Of a stretch of 52,907 bases of DNA, positions 10,513 through 20,287 are shown one piece after another. The notes beneath the pieces were generated by a model that was not told the DNA's origin, did no database searches, and worked only from the letters and a program-made list of their open reading frames with translations. Position numbers and translations under genes: made by a program. The stretch is from a candidate division WOR-3 bacterium (GTDB taxonomy: Bacteria; Hydrothermota; Tepidihabitantia; Tepidihabitantales; Tepidihabitantaceae), in NCBI GenBank assembly GCA_965649225.1, contig CBFGJX010000020.1, forward strand, positions 1 to 52,907. Reading direction: 5' to 3'. The first letter of the stretch is position 1, and each line of letters opens with the position of its first letter.

Positions 10513-10936
10513 CGCGCAATCGACGCTTGTAGAAAATCTCACCGACCCCGCCCGGGTTGATACGGGCAATGAAGCCGCAGCGCTCAAACCCGAGCGCGCG
10601 GTGCCACGCCTTGCCTGCCGGGTTGTCCGGCATCGTCGAACTGAACAGCTCGCGGTAGCCGCGCCGCGCCAAGTCCCGCTCGACCGCCCTGAGCAGCGCC
10701 GATGCAACCCCACGCCGCCGAAACTCCGGCTCCACCCACAGCGAGGTCAAGAGCGGCGTCTTTGCCCACAGGAACTCGACCCGGGCAAACCCGGCCCGGC
10801 GCCTGTCCGTGGTTGCCACGAACACATCGCCCTCGCGAATCATCCGCCGCATCACCTCTTTGGGTATCGCCGGGTCGCGATGCACATACGACAGATCGGC
10901 GGCCCGCGCCCGCCTCACGGCCACGCTCCGTTTCAT
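10463..10936 (-). CDS. GNAT family N-acetyltransferase
   Basis: LWVEPEFRRRGVASALL and NPAGKAWHRALGF motifs. Confidence 0.85.
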   Translation of the reverse strand: MKRSVAVRRARAADLSYVHRDPAIPKEVMRRMIREGDVFVATTDRRRAGFARVEFLWAKTPLLTSLWVEPEFRRRGVASALLRAVERDLARRGYRELFSSTMPDNPAGKAWHRALGFERCGFIARINPGGVGEIFYKRRLRVTSRSTAASASGRRAG

Positions 10937-10942
10937 CGGTCA

Positions 10943-10972
10943 ATCCTATCGCCATCACAGATGCGCTGTCAA
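10943..10972 (-). promoter_or_regulatory. sigma70-type promoter, leaderless geometry
   Basis: TTGACA-18 bp-TAGGAT-6 nt-ATG(10936). Confidence 0.55.
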
Positions 10973-11019
10973 ACTGACACGGCTTGACACCTGCGCCCGC
11001 CGCGCCGAAAGTGTCCGCG

Positions 11020-12489
11020 ATGCCCAGCCGTCCCCTGCGCCTGCTCGCCTTCGACCTCGGCGCATCGGGCGGCCGGGCCGTGCTCGGCACTCTCGACCGC
11101 GGCCGCCTGCGCCTGGCCGAACTGCACCGCTTCGTCAACGGGCCGATTCGACGCAACGGCCACTGGCACTGGGACACCGACCGGCTCTGGCGCGAAATCC
11201 TGCGCGCTCTCCGGCTCTGCGGCGGCCGCGGCATCAGGCCTGACAGCATCGGCGTCGATGCGTGGGGCGTTGACTTCTGCCTGCTCGACCCGAAGAGCCA
11301 GCCCGTCGGCCTGCCCTTTTCCTACCGCGACCCGCACACTGGCCCGGCCCTTCGCGCGCTGCTGCGCGGCGCCGAGCCCGGCACCATCTACCGCCGCACC
11401 GGCATTCAGTTTCTGCCCATAAACACGCTCTGCCAGCTCCGCGCGTTGCGCGGGAGCGACGAACTCGGCCGCGCGCGCCACCTGCTCTTCATCCCGGACT
11501 ACTTCAACTGGCTGCTCTGCGGCCGGGCCGCGACCGAGCGCACGATTGCCTCGACCTCGCAACTGCTCGACCTTCAGGGCCGCTGGTCCGGGCCGATGCT
11601 TGAGCTGGCCGGCGTCCCGCGCTCACTTATGCCGCGCTTGGTCCCGACCGGTTCGGTGCTCGGCCCGCTCCTGCCGGCAGTGCAACGGGTAACTGGCCTC
11701 GGGCCAGTACCGGTCATCGCGACTGCCGGCCATGACACGGCGGCTGCGGTCGCAGCGGTCCCGGCCAATGGCGACGACTGGGCATTCGTCAGTTGTGGCA
11801 CCTGGTCCCTTGTTGGCATCGAAGCTCCGCGGCCCTGTACATCGGCCTCGGCCCTGCGCGCCAACTTCACCAACGAGGCCGGGGTCGGCAACCGATTTCG
11901 CCTGCTCAAGAACATCACCGGACTCTGGCTGCTCCAGCGACTGCTCCTGTCCTATCCCGGTGCGAGCGCGGCCGACGCGGTGCACGCGGCCCGGTCCGCG
12001 CCGCCGTGGCGCTCGCTCATCAACCCGGACTGGCCCGGCTTCGCCAACCCGTCCGACATGCGCGCCGCGATTCGCGCTTTCTGCCGCCGCACCGGCCAGC
12101 CCGTGCCCCGCGGCCTTGGGCCCCTTGCCCGCTGCATCATCGAAAGCCTGGCCCTGCGCCACGCGAGGGTCATCGCCGAACTCGCCGCGCTCACTGGCCG
12201 GCCAATCCGCCGCGTCCACCTCGTCGGCGGCGGCGCGCGCAACGCGCTGCTCTGCCAGCTCACCGCCGACTGCTGCGGCCTGAACTCGCTCGCCGGCCCG
12301 GCCGAAGCCACGGCAATCGGGAACACTCTCGTGCAGGCAATGGCCCTCGGCGCAGTCGACTCGCTTGAATCTGTCCGCGCCGTCACCCGCCGCTCCTTTC
12401 CGGTGCGCCTGTACCGGCCCGGCCCGCCGCCGCCTGCCGCCGCAGTTGACCGCGCCCGCCGCCTCAGGCAGAGTGAAACAGGTCTGTGA
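11020..12489 (+). CDS. rhaB: Rhamnulokinase (FGGY family)
   Basis: LAFDLGASGGR, GVDAWGVDF, GHDTAAAV, SCGTWSLVG, NFTNEAG, LLKNITGLWLLQ and GPAEATAIGN motifs. Adjacent to rhaA. Confidence 0.92.
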   Translation: MPSRPLRLLAFDLGASGGRAVLGTLDRGRLRLAELHRFVNGPIRRNGHWHWDTDRLWREILRALRLCGGRGIRPDSIGVDAWGVDFCLLDPKSQPVGLPFSYRDPHTGPALRALLRGAEPGTIYRRTGIQFLPINTLCQLRALRGSDELGRARHLLFIPDYFNWLLCGRAATERTIASTSQLLDLQGRWSGPMLELAGVPRSLMPRLVPTGSVLGPLLPAVQRVTGLGPVPVIATAGHDTAAAVAAVPANGDDWAFVSCGTWSLVGIEAPRPCTSASALRANFTNEAGVGNRFRLLKNITGLWLLQRLLLSYPGASAADAVHAARSAPPWRSLINPDWPGFANPSDMRAAIRAFCRRTGQPVPRGLGPLARCIIESLALRHARVIAELAALTGRPIRRVHLVGGGARNALLCQLTADCCGLNSLAGPAEATAIGNTLVQAMALGAVDSLESVRAVTRRSFPVRLYRPGPPPPAAAVDRARRLRQSETGL

Positions 12490-13742
12490 CACGCGAACGC
12501 GCCGTCGAGCAGAACTACCACGCGGCACGCGCCGCTTATGCCGCACTGGGAGTGGACACCGACGCCGCCCTGAAAAAGCTCGCCCCGGTTGCGCTTTCGC
12601 TGCACTGCTGGCAGGGCGACGACGTGCGCGGGTTCGAGCCGCGCCCGTCAAACCTCGCCGGCTCCGGCCTGTGGGTCGGCTCTGGCATTGTGGGCCGCGC
12701 CCGCAACCCCGAGGAACTCAGAAGCGACATCGCCGCCGCGCTCGCGCTCATTCCGGGTCGTCACCGGCTCAACCTCCACGCGATGTACGGCGAGTTCCCG
12801 CCCGGTCTCGACCGCGACCGCATCGCGCCTGAACACTTCGCCGGCTGGCTCGACTGGGCGCGCGGCCGCGTCACCGGCATCGACTTCAACCCGACGCTCT
12901 TTGCCCACCCGCTGGCGGAGTCCGGCCTCACGCTCAGCCACGCCGACCTGCAGGTTCGCAACTTCTGGGTCGAGCACTGCAAACGCAGCCGGGAAATCAC
13001 CGCCTGGCTTGGCCGGGAACTGGGCAGCCCCTGTGTCTGCAATCTCTGGATTCCCGACGGCGCACGCGACATCGCAGTCGACCGGTTCGAACGCCGCGCG
13101 CTCCTCTGCGCCTCGCTTGACGAGGTCTACCGGCGCAGCTACCCCGACACCGAACTGCGCGACTCCCTCGAAGGCAAGCTCTGGGGCGTCGGCGCCGAGA
13201 CCTTCACGGTCGGGTCTTACGACTTCTACCTCGGCTACGCGCTCACGCGCTCAAAAACCATCTGCCTTGACCTCGGCCACTTCCACCCCACCGAATCGGT
13301 GGCCGACAAAGTCTCTGCCCTGCTCCAGTTCGCTCCCGAGCTGCTGCTCCACATCAGCCGTCCGGTGCGCTGGGACTCAGACCATATCGTCACCATCACC
13401 GACGACCTGCGCGAGCTGTTCGAGGAAATAGTGCGGGCCGACGCACTCACCCGGGTGCGACTTGCGCTGGACTACTTCGACCCCGGGGCCAGCCGCATCG
13501 GCGCGTGGGTTTCGGGCGCACGCGCGACCCTGCGCTGCCTGCTTTCGGCCCTGCTCCAGCCCCTTACCCGGCTGCGCGACTGCGACCGCATCGAACGCCT
13601 CGCCCTGCTCGACGAACTCCGCACCCTGCCGCTCGGCGCGGTCTGGGACTACCATTGCTTGAAGTCTTGCGTACCGCCCGGGCTTGACTGGCTCGAAAAA
13701 GTCCGCCACTACGAAGCCGAAACGCTCGCGCACCGTGCCTGA
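12486..13742 (+). CDS. rhaA: L-rhamnose isomerase
   Basis: SLHCWQGDDVRGFE, LNLHAMY, DFNPTLF, LDLGHFHPTE, HISRPVRWDSDH and ALDYFD motifs. Confidence 0.95.
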   Translation: MTRERAVEQNYHAARAAYAALGVDTDAALKKLAPVALSLHCWQGDDVRGFEPRPSNLAGSGLWVGSGIVGRARNPEELRSDIAAALALIPGRHRLNLHAMYGEFPPGLDRDRIAPEHFAGWLDWARGRVTGIDFNPTLFAHPLAESGLTLSHADLQVRNFWVEHCKRSREITAWLGRELGSPCVCNLWIPDGARDIAVDRFERRALLCASLDEVYRRSYPDTELRDSLEGKLWGVGAETFTVGSYDFYLGYALTRSKTICLDLGHFHPTESVADKVSALLQFAPELLLHISRPVRWDSDHIVTITDDLRELFEEIVRADALTRVRLALDYFDPGASRIGAWVSGARATLRCLLSALLQPLTRLRDCDRIERLALLDELRTLPLGAVWDYHCLKSCVPPGLDWLEKVRHYEAETLAHRA

Positions 13743-13743
13743 G

Positions 13744-15588
13744 ATGGACGCACCCTACCTCCGCGACTCCCGGCCCTGGACCCGGTGGTGGTGGTTCAAT
13801 GTCGAACTGCGCGAAGAAGACATCCGCGCCCAGCTCGACTGGCTGCGCGCAAACGGCTTCGGCGGGGTCGAACTCGCGTTCGTCTATCCCCTGCCCAACC
13901 AGCCGCGCGGCCCCGACTTCCTCTCGCCCGAGTGGTCGGCCGCGGTCGCGCTCGCCAAGAAGCTCTGCGATGAGCGCGGGCTCGGCTGTGACTTCACCTT
14001 CGGCACGCTCTGGCCCTTCGGCGGCACATTTGTTTCCGAGTCGGACTCGGCCCAGACCCATCTCGGTCCCTCGCCCCAGCGCCTTGGCCGGTCGTGGGAG
14101 CTGCCGCGCGAGGGCCGGATTCTGAACCATCTCGACTCCGGCGCTCTCGAACGCTATGCCTGGCGGGTCGGGGCCGCGCTTGCCGACGCCCTGGCCGGCA
14201 CGCGCTCCGGACTGTTCTGCGACTCATGGGAAGTCGACACCGAAGGGCTCTGGACCAAAGGCTTCGACGCCGCCTTTCGCGACACGTTTGGCTACGACAT
14301 CCTGCCACTGATGAACTCGCTGGACAGTCATCCCGACGCCCGCTACGACTACCGCAAACTGATCGCCCGCTATATCCTCGACAACTTCTACCAACCCTTC
14401 ACCGAAATCGGCCGGCGACTGGGAACGTTCTCGCGGGTCCAGTGCCACGGTGCGCCGGTTGACCTCATCGCCGCCTATGCCTCGGTCGATGTCCCCGAAA
14501 CCGAAGCGATACTTTTCGATCCGGAATTCGCAACGATTCCGGCCTCGGCCGCGGCGCTGCGCGGCACGCCGGTGGTCTCGGCCGAAGCCTTCACCTGCCT
14601 CTACGGCTGGATACCCTGGCCCGGCCCGGGCCAGCACCAGGGCGAGGAACAGGTCGCCGACCTCAAGCTGCTGGCCGATGCGCTCTTTGCCAACGGCGTC
14701 AATCACATCATCTGGCACGGCATGCCCTACTCCCCGCCCGGCAGAGACAACCGTTTCTACGCCTCGGTCCACGTCGGCCCGACCGGCGCTCTCGCCCCGC
14801 ACTTCGGCGAGTTCAACGCCTACCTCGAAAAAGTCAGCACCGCACTCAAAACCGGCCGCACACTCGCCAATGTCGCGGTCTATCTGCCAACCGAAGACCA
14901 GTGGATGAAAGGCGAACTGCCCGAACATCAGCGCAAACCCAGCGCCCGCTGGCACTGGGAAATGCACTACCTCCGTTTTCCGGCCGAACTGCACGGCCTT
15001 GCACCAGTCTGGGTATCGGACTACTTCCTGCGCGATGCCCACATGGCGGGCGAAATCTGCCGTTGCGGAGCAGGCGGTTTCCGCACGCTTTATGTTGATT
15101 GCGAATGGATTGACGAAGATGCGCTGGATTCAATCCTGACACTGGCCCGAGAGGGGCTGCCGGTCTGCCTCAAACGTCACCCCCGCCGCCCCGGCCGCGG
15201 CCAGAACATTACCTACGGCCGAAAGCTCACCGAACTGAAGTCACTGCCCAATGTCCACAGCGAACTGCGTCGGGTTCATCCAATGCCGCCGCTTTTGTCC
15301 GGCATTGGCTTGCCCGACCATTGGGCCCGGGTCACCGACGACGGCGAACTCGTGCTCTTCTTCGGCCACCCGCGCTCCCGCGGCCTTACCTACCCGATGG
15401 CCTATGGTGGCAGCCGGATGACCGACACCTACAACCTGTCAGCTACTCTCAACTGGCACGGAAAGGCAATCAACCTTGCGCTGACCTTTCCTCCCTACCA
15501 GTCACTCCTGATAAAGGTCTCCAAGTCCGGCACAGTCCAAGCGGTTGACATCACCTACCACCCGCCGGAGCCGGGGGTAAGCCAGTGA
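13744..15588 (+). CDS. Glycoside hydrolase, GH106 (alpha-L-rhamnosidase)-like
   Basis: RPWTRWWW, GFGGVE, WPFGG, FCDSWE, SAEAFT and GVNHIIWHG motifs, inside the rha operon. Alternative GTG start at 13735. Confidence 0.8.
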   Translation: MDAPYLRDSRPWTRWWWFNVELREEDIRAQLDWLRANGFGGVELAFVYPLPNQPRGPDFLSPEWSAAVALAKKLCDERGLGCDFTFGTLWPFGGTFVSESDSAQTHLGPSPQRLGRSWELPREGRILNHLDSGALERYAWRVGAALADALAGTRSGLFCDSWEVDTEGLWTKGFDAAFRDTFGYDILPLMNSLDSHPDARYDYRKLIARYILDNFYQPFTEIGRRLGTFSRVQCHGAPVDLIAAYASVDVPETEAILFDPEFATIPASAAALRGTPVVSAEAFTCLYGWIPWPGPGQHQGEEQVADLKLLADALFANGVNHIIWHGMPYSPPGRDNRFYASVHVGPTGALAPHFGEFNAYLEKVSTALKTGRTLANVAVYLPTEDQWMKGELPEHQRKPSARWHWEMHYLRFPAELHGLAPVWVSDYFLRDAHMAGEICRCGAGGFRTLYVDCEWIDEDALDSILTLAREGLPVCLKRHPRRPGRGQNITYGRKLTELKSLPNVHSELRRVHPMPPLLSGIGLPDHWARVTDDGELVLFFGHPRSRGLTYPMAYGGSRMTDTYNLSATLNWHGKAINLALTFPPYQSLLIKVSKSGTVQAVDITYHPPEPGVSQ

Positions 15589-18500
15589 GCGCGGACGAAA
15601 ACGCGAAACCTAGCGATCTGGGTCAGCCGAGTCCGCGACCCTCAGCGCACTTGTGGCTGCAGCACCGTGTAGAGGTCCTATCGCTGCTTGATGTGCTTCA
15701 CAGGAAAGACCAATCCGGCGGCAGGTTGACATCAATCTTCGAGTCTGCCCTGCAGGTTGCCAGCGACCCTCTGGTCAAGGATAGGCTCGCACTTGCCGCA
15801 CACAATGTCAGGGAGTTCATGAGAATGTTGCCGCTGTGCATCAGGGCAGACTGGTCTTGGGCAGAAGACAGAAGGCGCCCGGAGCTGTATGATAGGTTCA
15901 AAGCCTTTAGAGACAAGACTTGGGACAAACACAGCCCCGGTGTTGGCGGTCCAGACTCCGAGCTTCACTACAAAGAACTGCACGCAGGCATGAAAGGACT
16001 GGTCGACTGGTTCGACAACGAGTTCAGACCGCTGAGGGAAACCCTGCAAGACACCGTGCAGAGCTTCAGTCCGAACGCGGGAATACTGACTCCTAGTGAA
16101 CTGGACAAGCAGATCGAAAAGTGGCGCAACCTTTACAGGTTCTTCGTGTCTGTCTGTCATCACCAAGTTTCGCCCTCTGACGGAGAATTCGGCGACTACC
16201 TATCCGACCTGGCCAGATTACTGCTGCACTGGATAACACCTCGGGCCGTTGCCGACACCGATGTTATCGATCGCCTGATAGCCAAGTATGAGCAGTCGGC
16301 TTCTCCTGAAGCATTTGCGAGAGCTCGGGGGCTTATCAATAACCGTGATGTTCGGTATACGTACTTCTTCAGTCGTATCAGCTCCGTGGAATGGATGAAG
16401 CCCCTTGCCGAGGCCGGTTTCTTCCGCAACCCACCTGAACCCCAGCGAGAGGCCGCGGGAACGGCACTCCGAGCGTGGCCAGAGTCGCAGTATCTGGCCC
16501 GTGTAGCCGGCAGCTTCACTCCACAGCAACAGGAGAAAGCAGCGCAGCTGCTAAAGGCCTTTGTCGGCACAACGAACATCTATGTACAGTGGGATATCTG
16601 TGACTCGCTGCTCAGAATGAACCCGGTGCATGCGGCACGGATGACGGACAGGATTGCTGCATGGCTACCCAGCCTCGACCGGTACATCCTGCCGGAGAAA
16701 CTGCTCAAGCTGATGGTTCATCTGGCCAAGGGCGGTTTCTCACACGAGGCGCTCCGTTTGCTGCGCGGCCTGCTGGCTGTCCCGCAGAGCTCAACGCCCG
16801 AAGATAGTGAAGAGACGGGCCGGTTCAGGCCGGAGCCGCTTTTTGCCGAACACATGTACGACCAGATCGTGACCGACGGCGTCCCGGCCGTCGTCGCCGC
16901 ATCGGGACTCCCAGCATACGAGCTGCTGTGCGAACTTCTCGACAGCGGAGTGAAGCAGTACTCCGTCAGTTTCCCGGCAGTCGACCACTCAGACCTGGGC
17001 CTGGATTTGGTCGAGTCGGTCGACGGCAGCTTCTACCCGCACGTTCTCGCCGCCCTTGTGAAGGCAGTCATCTCAACGGGTGAACAGCTAGTCAGTTCGG
17101 GCAGCGTGGGCGTGCGAGACGTGGTCAAGTCTCTGCTGGCCCGCAAACCGCGCCTTTTTCGCAGAATCGCATACCTCTTTCTTGCCAGACATCCGTCCGA
17201 CGCACTTGACCTTGTTGAGGCCGAATTAGCGTCACGGGAGATGTTCACCGCAATCGAAGTGCCGACCGAGTACGTCCTCCTCCTGAGAAACGGCTTCGCG
17301 CTGATCCCTGACGCAACCAAGACGACCATGCTCGACTGGCTGAACGAACCACCACAATGGCCCGACACCGACTGGTCGGGCAACACGATAACGCAGGACG
17401 AGAAAACGAGATTCACAGACCTTTGGCGAGCACGCAGGCTGGAGCCAATTGAGGAACACCTAGACCCCGCTTGGCGAAAGGAGTACGTGAACATCCAGAG
17501 CAGGCTCCGCAGACAGGATGAGGAGGTCCGAGCTCGGCCACGTGCCAAGATGCGCGAGCCCGTCATTTCGCAGGCCGAGCTGTCTCACATGACTGTCACC
17601 GAAGTGCTGGCGTATCTGGAGCATGTGGAGCCCAACTATGAGCCGTCCTTAATGCCAGTACCCAGGCTGGAAGAAACGCTCGCCAAAGTTGTGGCAGGCC
17701 GCGTTGCCGACTTCGCCGCATCAGCAGGCCTGATGCCGCGACTCGCGCCGAGCTATGTGCAGGCGATTATGCGCGGACTGAAGGATGGGCTTAAGGACAC
17801 GGTTCATACCGATTGGCGTCCGATGCTCGACCTGTGCTCGGTGCTAGTGAACCAGACGCTGGATGCTCCCGCAGATGGCCGATCACGCCCGCTCGACGAA
17901 GCCCGCTGGACCGCGCAGGCCATCGTCGAATTCCTCGCGGCTGGACTGCGGTCCAATTCGTTCAAGCTCTCAGAGAGGCAGTCAGTCTGGTCGCTCCTGG
18001 AGCGCTTGGCTGAGCATCCGCACCCGCAACCAGATGATGAAAGGATGATGGACGACGACGCGACTACGGCATCTTTGAACTCGGTCCGAAGCATGGCCAT
18101 TTCCGCCGCGATCGATTACGGGCTATGGTACAGCCGCTTAAGTAAGGACGCTGGCACAGCAACGAACTCCCCCTCAGTCCTGTCGCAGTTGCCGGAACTC
18201 GCGAACCTTCTGGACAGACATCTGGACGTCACAGTGGATGCCTCTCTTGCGGTGAGAAGCGTGTACGCAAGGCTCTACCCATGGCTGCTTCTGTTGGACG
18301 AGACGTGGGGACGCACCCGGGCATCGACCATCTTCCCGCTCGGCGATGACAAAACGAGCAGGAGATACTTCGTGACTGCGTGGGCTAGCTTCATGAGGTT
18401 CAGTCGGGCCTTTGACGTCACATTTGAACCACTTCGCCCGCAGTATGAGCGCGCCCTAGAACTCATGGATGACGAGAAGCTCAAAGGGCCGACGCGCCTG

Positions 18501-19115
18501 CCGAGCCTCGGCCACTACCTTGCAGAGCACCTCATGTTCTATCTCTGGCGGGGCAGGCTGGAACTTACTGACAGCCTACTAACGGCGTTCTGGTCTTCTG
18601 CGACCCCCGAGGTACGGAAGCATGCCCTCAGCTTCGTGGGTAATGCGTTCAGACAGACCGACGACCGGATACCGGAAGAGGTCTTGGAAAGGGCGAAGCG
18701 GCTATGGACCTCGCGCATGGAGGCGGCAGAGAGGGATGATGGAGTTAAGGGTGATTTGGCCGCATTCGGAGCGTGGTTCGCTTCAGCCAAGTTCGATGAT
18801 GAATGGTCTCTCAACCAACTCGAGCACGCCGCCAAAGTTGCGAACGGAATCGACGACCTGTATCCCGTAATGAAACGGCTAGCTGCCCTTTCCAGGACTT
18901 GTGCGCCTCGATGTGTCGCCATTCTGGCGAAGTTCATCGAGCATGGTCATCTAGGCACACACATGGATGCGTGGATGCGCGAGTCAGAGCAGGTGCTCGA
19001 AGCGGCACTCCACTGCGGCGATAGAAATGCCGCCCTAGTCGCAGAGCGCTTGGTGGGCACTCTTGTTGGTATGGGGTACATCGAGTTTCGCCGGCTGCTT
19101 CTGAATCGAAGCTGA
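15585..19115 (+). CDS. Large hypothetical helical protein, possible defence protein with HEPN-like N-terminus
   Basis: 1176-aa ORF with codon style unlike its neighbours (AGA/AGG, more A/T). Motifs DRLALAAHNVRE, FFVSVCHH and W..PLAEAGFFRNPP...WPESQYLARVA. Confidence 0.75.
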   Translation: MSADENAKPSDLGQPSPRPSAHLWLQHRVEVLSLLDVLHRKDQSGGRLTSIFESALQVASDPLVKDRLALAAHNVREFMRMLPLCIRADWSWAEDRRRPELYDRFKAFRDKTWDKHSPGVGGPDSELHYKELHAGMKGLVDWFDNEFRPLRETLQDTVQSFSPNAGILTPSELDKQIEKWRNLYRFFVSVCHHQVSPSDGEFGDYLSDLARLLLHWITPRAVADTDVIDRLIAKYEQSASPEAFARARGLINNRDVRYTYFFSRISSVEWMKPLAEAGFFRNPPEPQREAAGTALRAWPESQYLARVAGSFTPQQQEKAAQLLKAFVGTTNIYVQWDICDSLLRMNPVHAARMTDRIAAWLPSLDRYILPEKLLKLMVHLAKGGFSHEALRLLRGLLAVPQSSTPEDSEETGRFRPEPLFAEHMYDQIVTDGVPAVVAASGLPAYELLCELLDSGVKQYSVSFPAVDHSDLGLDLVESVDGSFYPHVLAALVKAVISTGEQLVSSGSVGVRDVVKSLLARKPRLFRRIAYLFLARHPSDALDLVEAELASREMFTAIEVPTEYVLLLRNGFALIPDATKTTMLDWLNEPPQWPDTDWSGNTITQDEKTRFTDLWRARRLEPIEEHLDPAWRKEYVNIQSRLRRQDEEVRARPRAKMREPVISQAELSHMTVTEVLAYLEHVEPNYEPSLMPVPRLEETLAKVVAGRVADFAASAGLMPRLAPSYVQAIMRGLKDGLKDTVHTDWRPMLDLCSVLVNQTLDAPADGRSRPLDEARWTAQAIVEFLAAGLRSNSFKLSERQSVWSLLERLAEHPHPQPDDERMMDDDATTASLNSVRSMAISAAIDYGLWYSRLSKDAGTATNSPSVLSQLPELANLLDRHLDVTVDASLAVRSVYARLYPWLLLLDETWGRTRASTIFPLGDDKTSRRYFVTAWASFMRFSRAFDVTFEPLRPQYERALELMDDEKLKGPTRLPSLGHYLAEHLMFYLWRGRLELTDSLLTAFWSSATPEVRKHALSFVGNAFRQTDDRIPEEVLERAKRLWTSRMEAAERDDGVKGDLAAFGAWFASAKFDDEWSLNQLEHAAKVANGIDDLYPVMKRLAALSRTCAPRCVAILAKFIEHGHLGTHMDAWMRESEQVLEAALHCGDRNAALVAERLVGTLVGMGYIEFRRLLLNRS

Positions 19116-19177
19116 GTCAGGACCCTACATCCACGGCAACGCTCTTGATTATCACAGGGCAGGTTGGACCTTTGGGA

Positions 19178-19205
19178 TTGACAGCCCGAACCCAGCAACT
19201 ACGTT
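19178..19205 (+). promoter_or_regulatory. Possible sigma70-type promoter with no downstream + strand CDS
   Basis: TTGACA-16 bp-TACGTT. Confidence 0.4.
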
Positions 19206-19210
19206 GCACT

Positions 19211-19393
19211 GGTCTGAAGCATTGCTGCAAGTGGTCGGATAGGCCGCCGGCCTTTGCAAATGCCGCCGCTGTCGCCGGTCGACTGTAATTATTGTTATAA
19301 GAAACCATCTCTCGGTCCGACGGCTTAAGCCTTACGGCCACAGCCGGTTAGGCTGAAACCGTCCGGAACACCCCCCTGCCTCCCGGGCAGACC
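19211..19393 (+). ncRNA. Candidate rod-like structured RNA (~183 nt)
   Basis: Nested complementary pairs GGTCTG/CAGACC, CGGA/TCCG, CCGGC/GCCGG and GCTGTCG/CGACGGC around an AT-rich centre, downstream of a promoter-like motif. Confidence 0.3.
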
Positions 19394-19455
19394 CACAGGT
19401 TCGGAAAGCGGCCGCTTCTGTCCTGTACTCTGAGCCCCTGAAGGTTAACCTGAAG

Positions 19456-20091
19456 CTACTTCCTTCTCACGCACTTCCACCGGTTGCGAAAGTCGCGAGT
19501 CGACTTGTTGACCAGGTCGTTGATCAGCTCGCCATAGGCCCGCTCCGGGTCATCGGCATCAAAGCTGAAGAAGCCCTTTGCTACCGTCACCTGGCCAACG
19601 GTTCTTTCGCTCTGAGCCGTTCCGGTCCAGACAGTCGCGGCATTGTCGGTACGCACCAGCCGGGCGGTCAACGTTGCCTTGACCCGGGCCGATGCCGAAG
19701 CGTGCGGCAGTCCCAGTCCAAACTCGAAATGCGGCTGGATATCCGAGATTTCTATCGTACCGACTATCAGGCCGTTCAGCCCGTACTTCTCGCCGATTGC
19801 CTTGATGGCGTCCGGCGTCAGGCTGGAATGCCCGACTGCCGCCAGTACGTCGGTTTCCTTGCCCAGTTCGACAATCTGAACTCCGGGCTGGTCTTTGGTA
19901 ATTGCCCTCAAAAATCGACTGGTCGCGTAACCCGACAGTTTTCCCTGCTCTTCGAGTCTGAACTCAATGATGCCGACGACTTCGTTCTGCTTCAAGTCCA
20001 CCAGCGGCGGCACCAGCACCCGCTTGCAGCAGCCACCAAGCGCAACCACTGCCACTGTGACTACTGCCCAGTACAAGGCACGCTTCATCAT
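19456..20091 (-). CDS. Lipoprotein, CsgG/LpoB-like fold suspected
   Basis: Lipobox ALGGC. AIKAIGEKYGLNGLIVGTI...LTARLVRTDNAATVW matches the pattern of that fold. Confidence 0.7.
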   Translation of the reverse strand: MMKRALYWAVVTVAVVALGGCCKRVLVPPLVDLKQNEVVGIIEFRLEEQGKLSGYATSRFLRAITKDQPGVQIVELGKETDVLAAVGHSSLTPDAIKAIGEKYGLNGLIVGTIEISDIQPHFEFGLGLPHASASARVKATLTARLVRTDNAATVWTGTAQSERTVGQVTVAKGFFSFDADDPERAYGELINDLVNKSTRDFRNRWKCVRRK

Positions 20092-20287
20092 AGTCCTCCT
20101 GATAGTGTCTTCCGACCGGTATCCGGGGCAATACTAACTACGCGCTGTTCTCCTGCCAAGTCCGGTAGCGAGTCTGCCGAATCTGAAAACGGTCTTGTGA
20201 GTCCAAAAGTGCGCCCGGCAACAGCAGTGCAGGGCGAAGAGATGCAGACCGTACGTTGATAGTCAGCAGAACAGAAAGGAATGGATC

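Noticed and set aside
19176..19210. Resemblance of TTGACAGCC...ACTACGTT to IscB omega/HEARO RNA
   Set aside because: The rest of the motif and any IscB or TnpB ORF are missing. A promoter explains it more simply.
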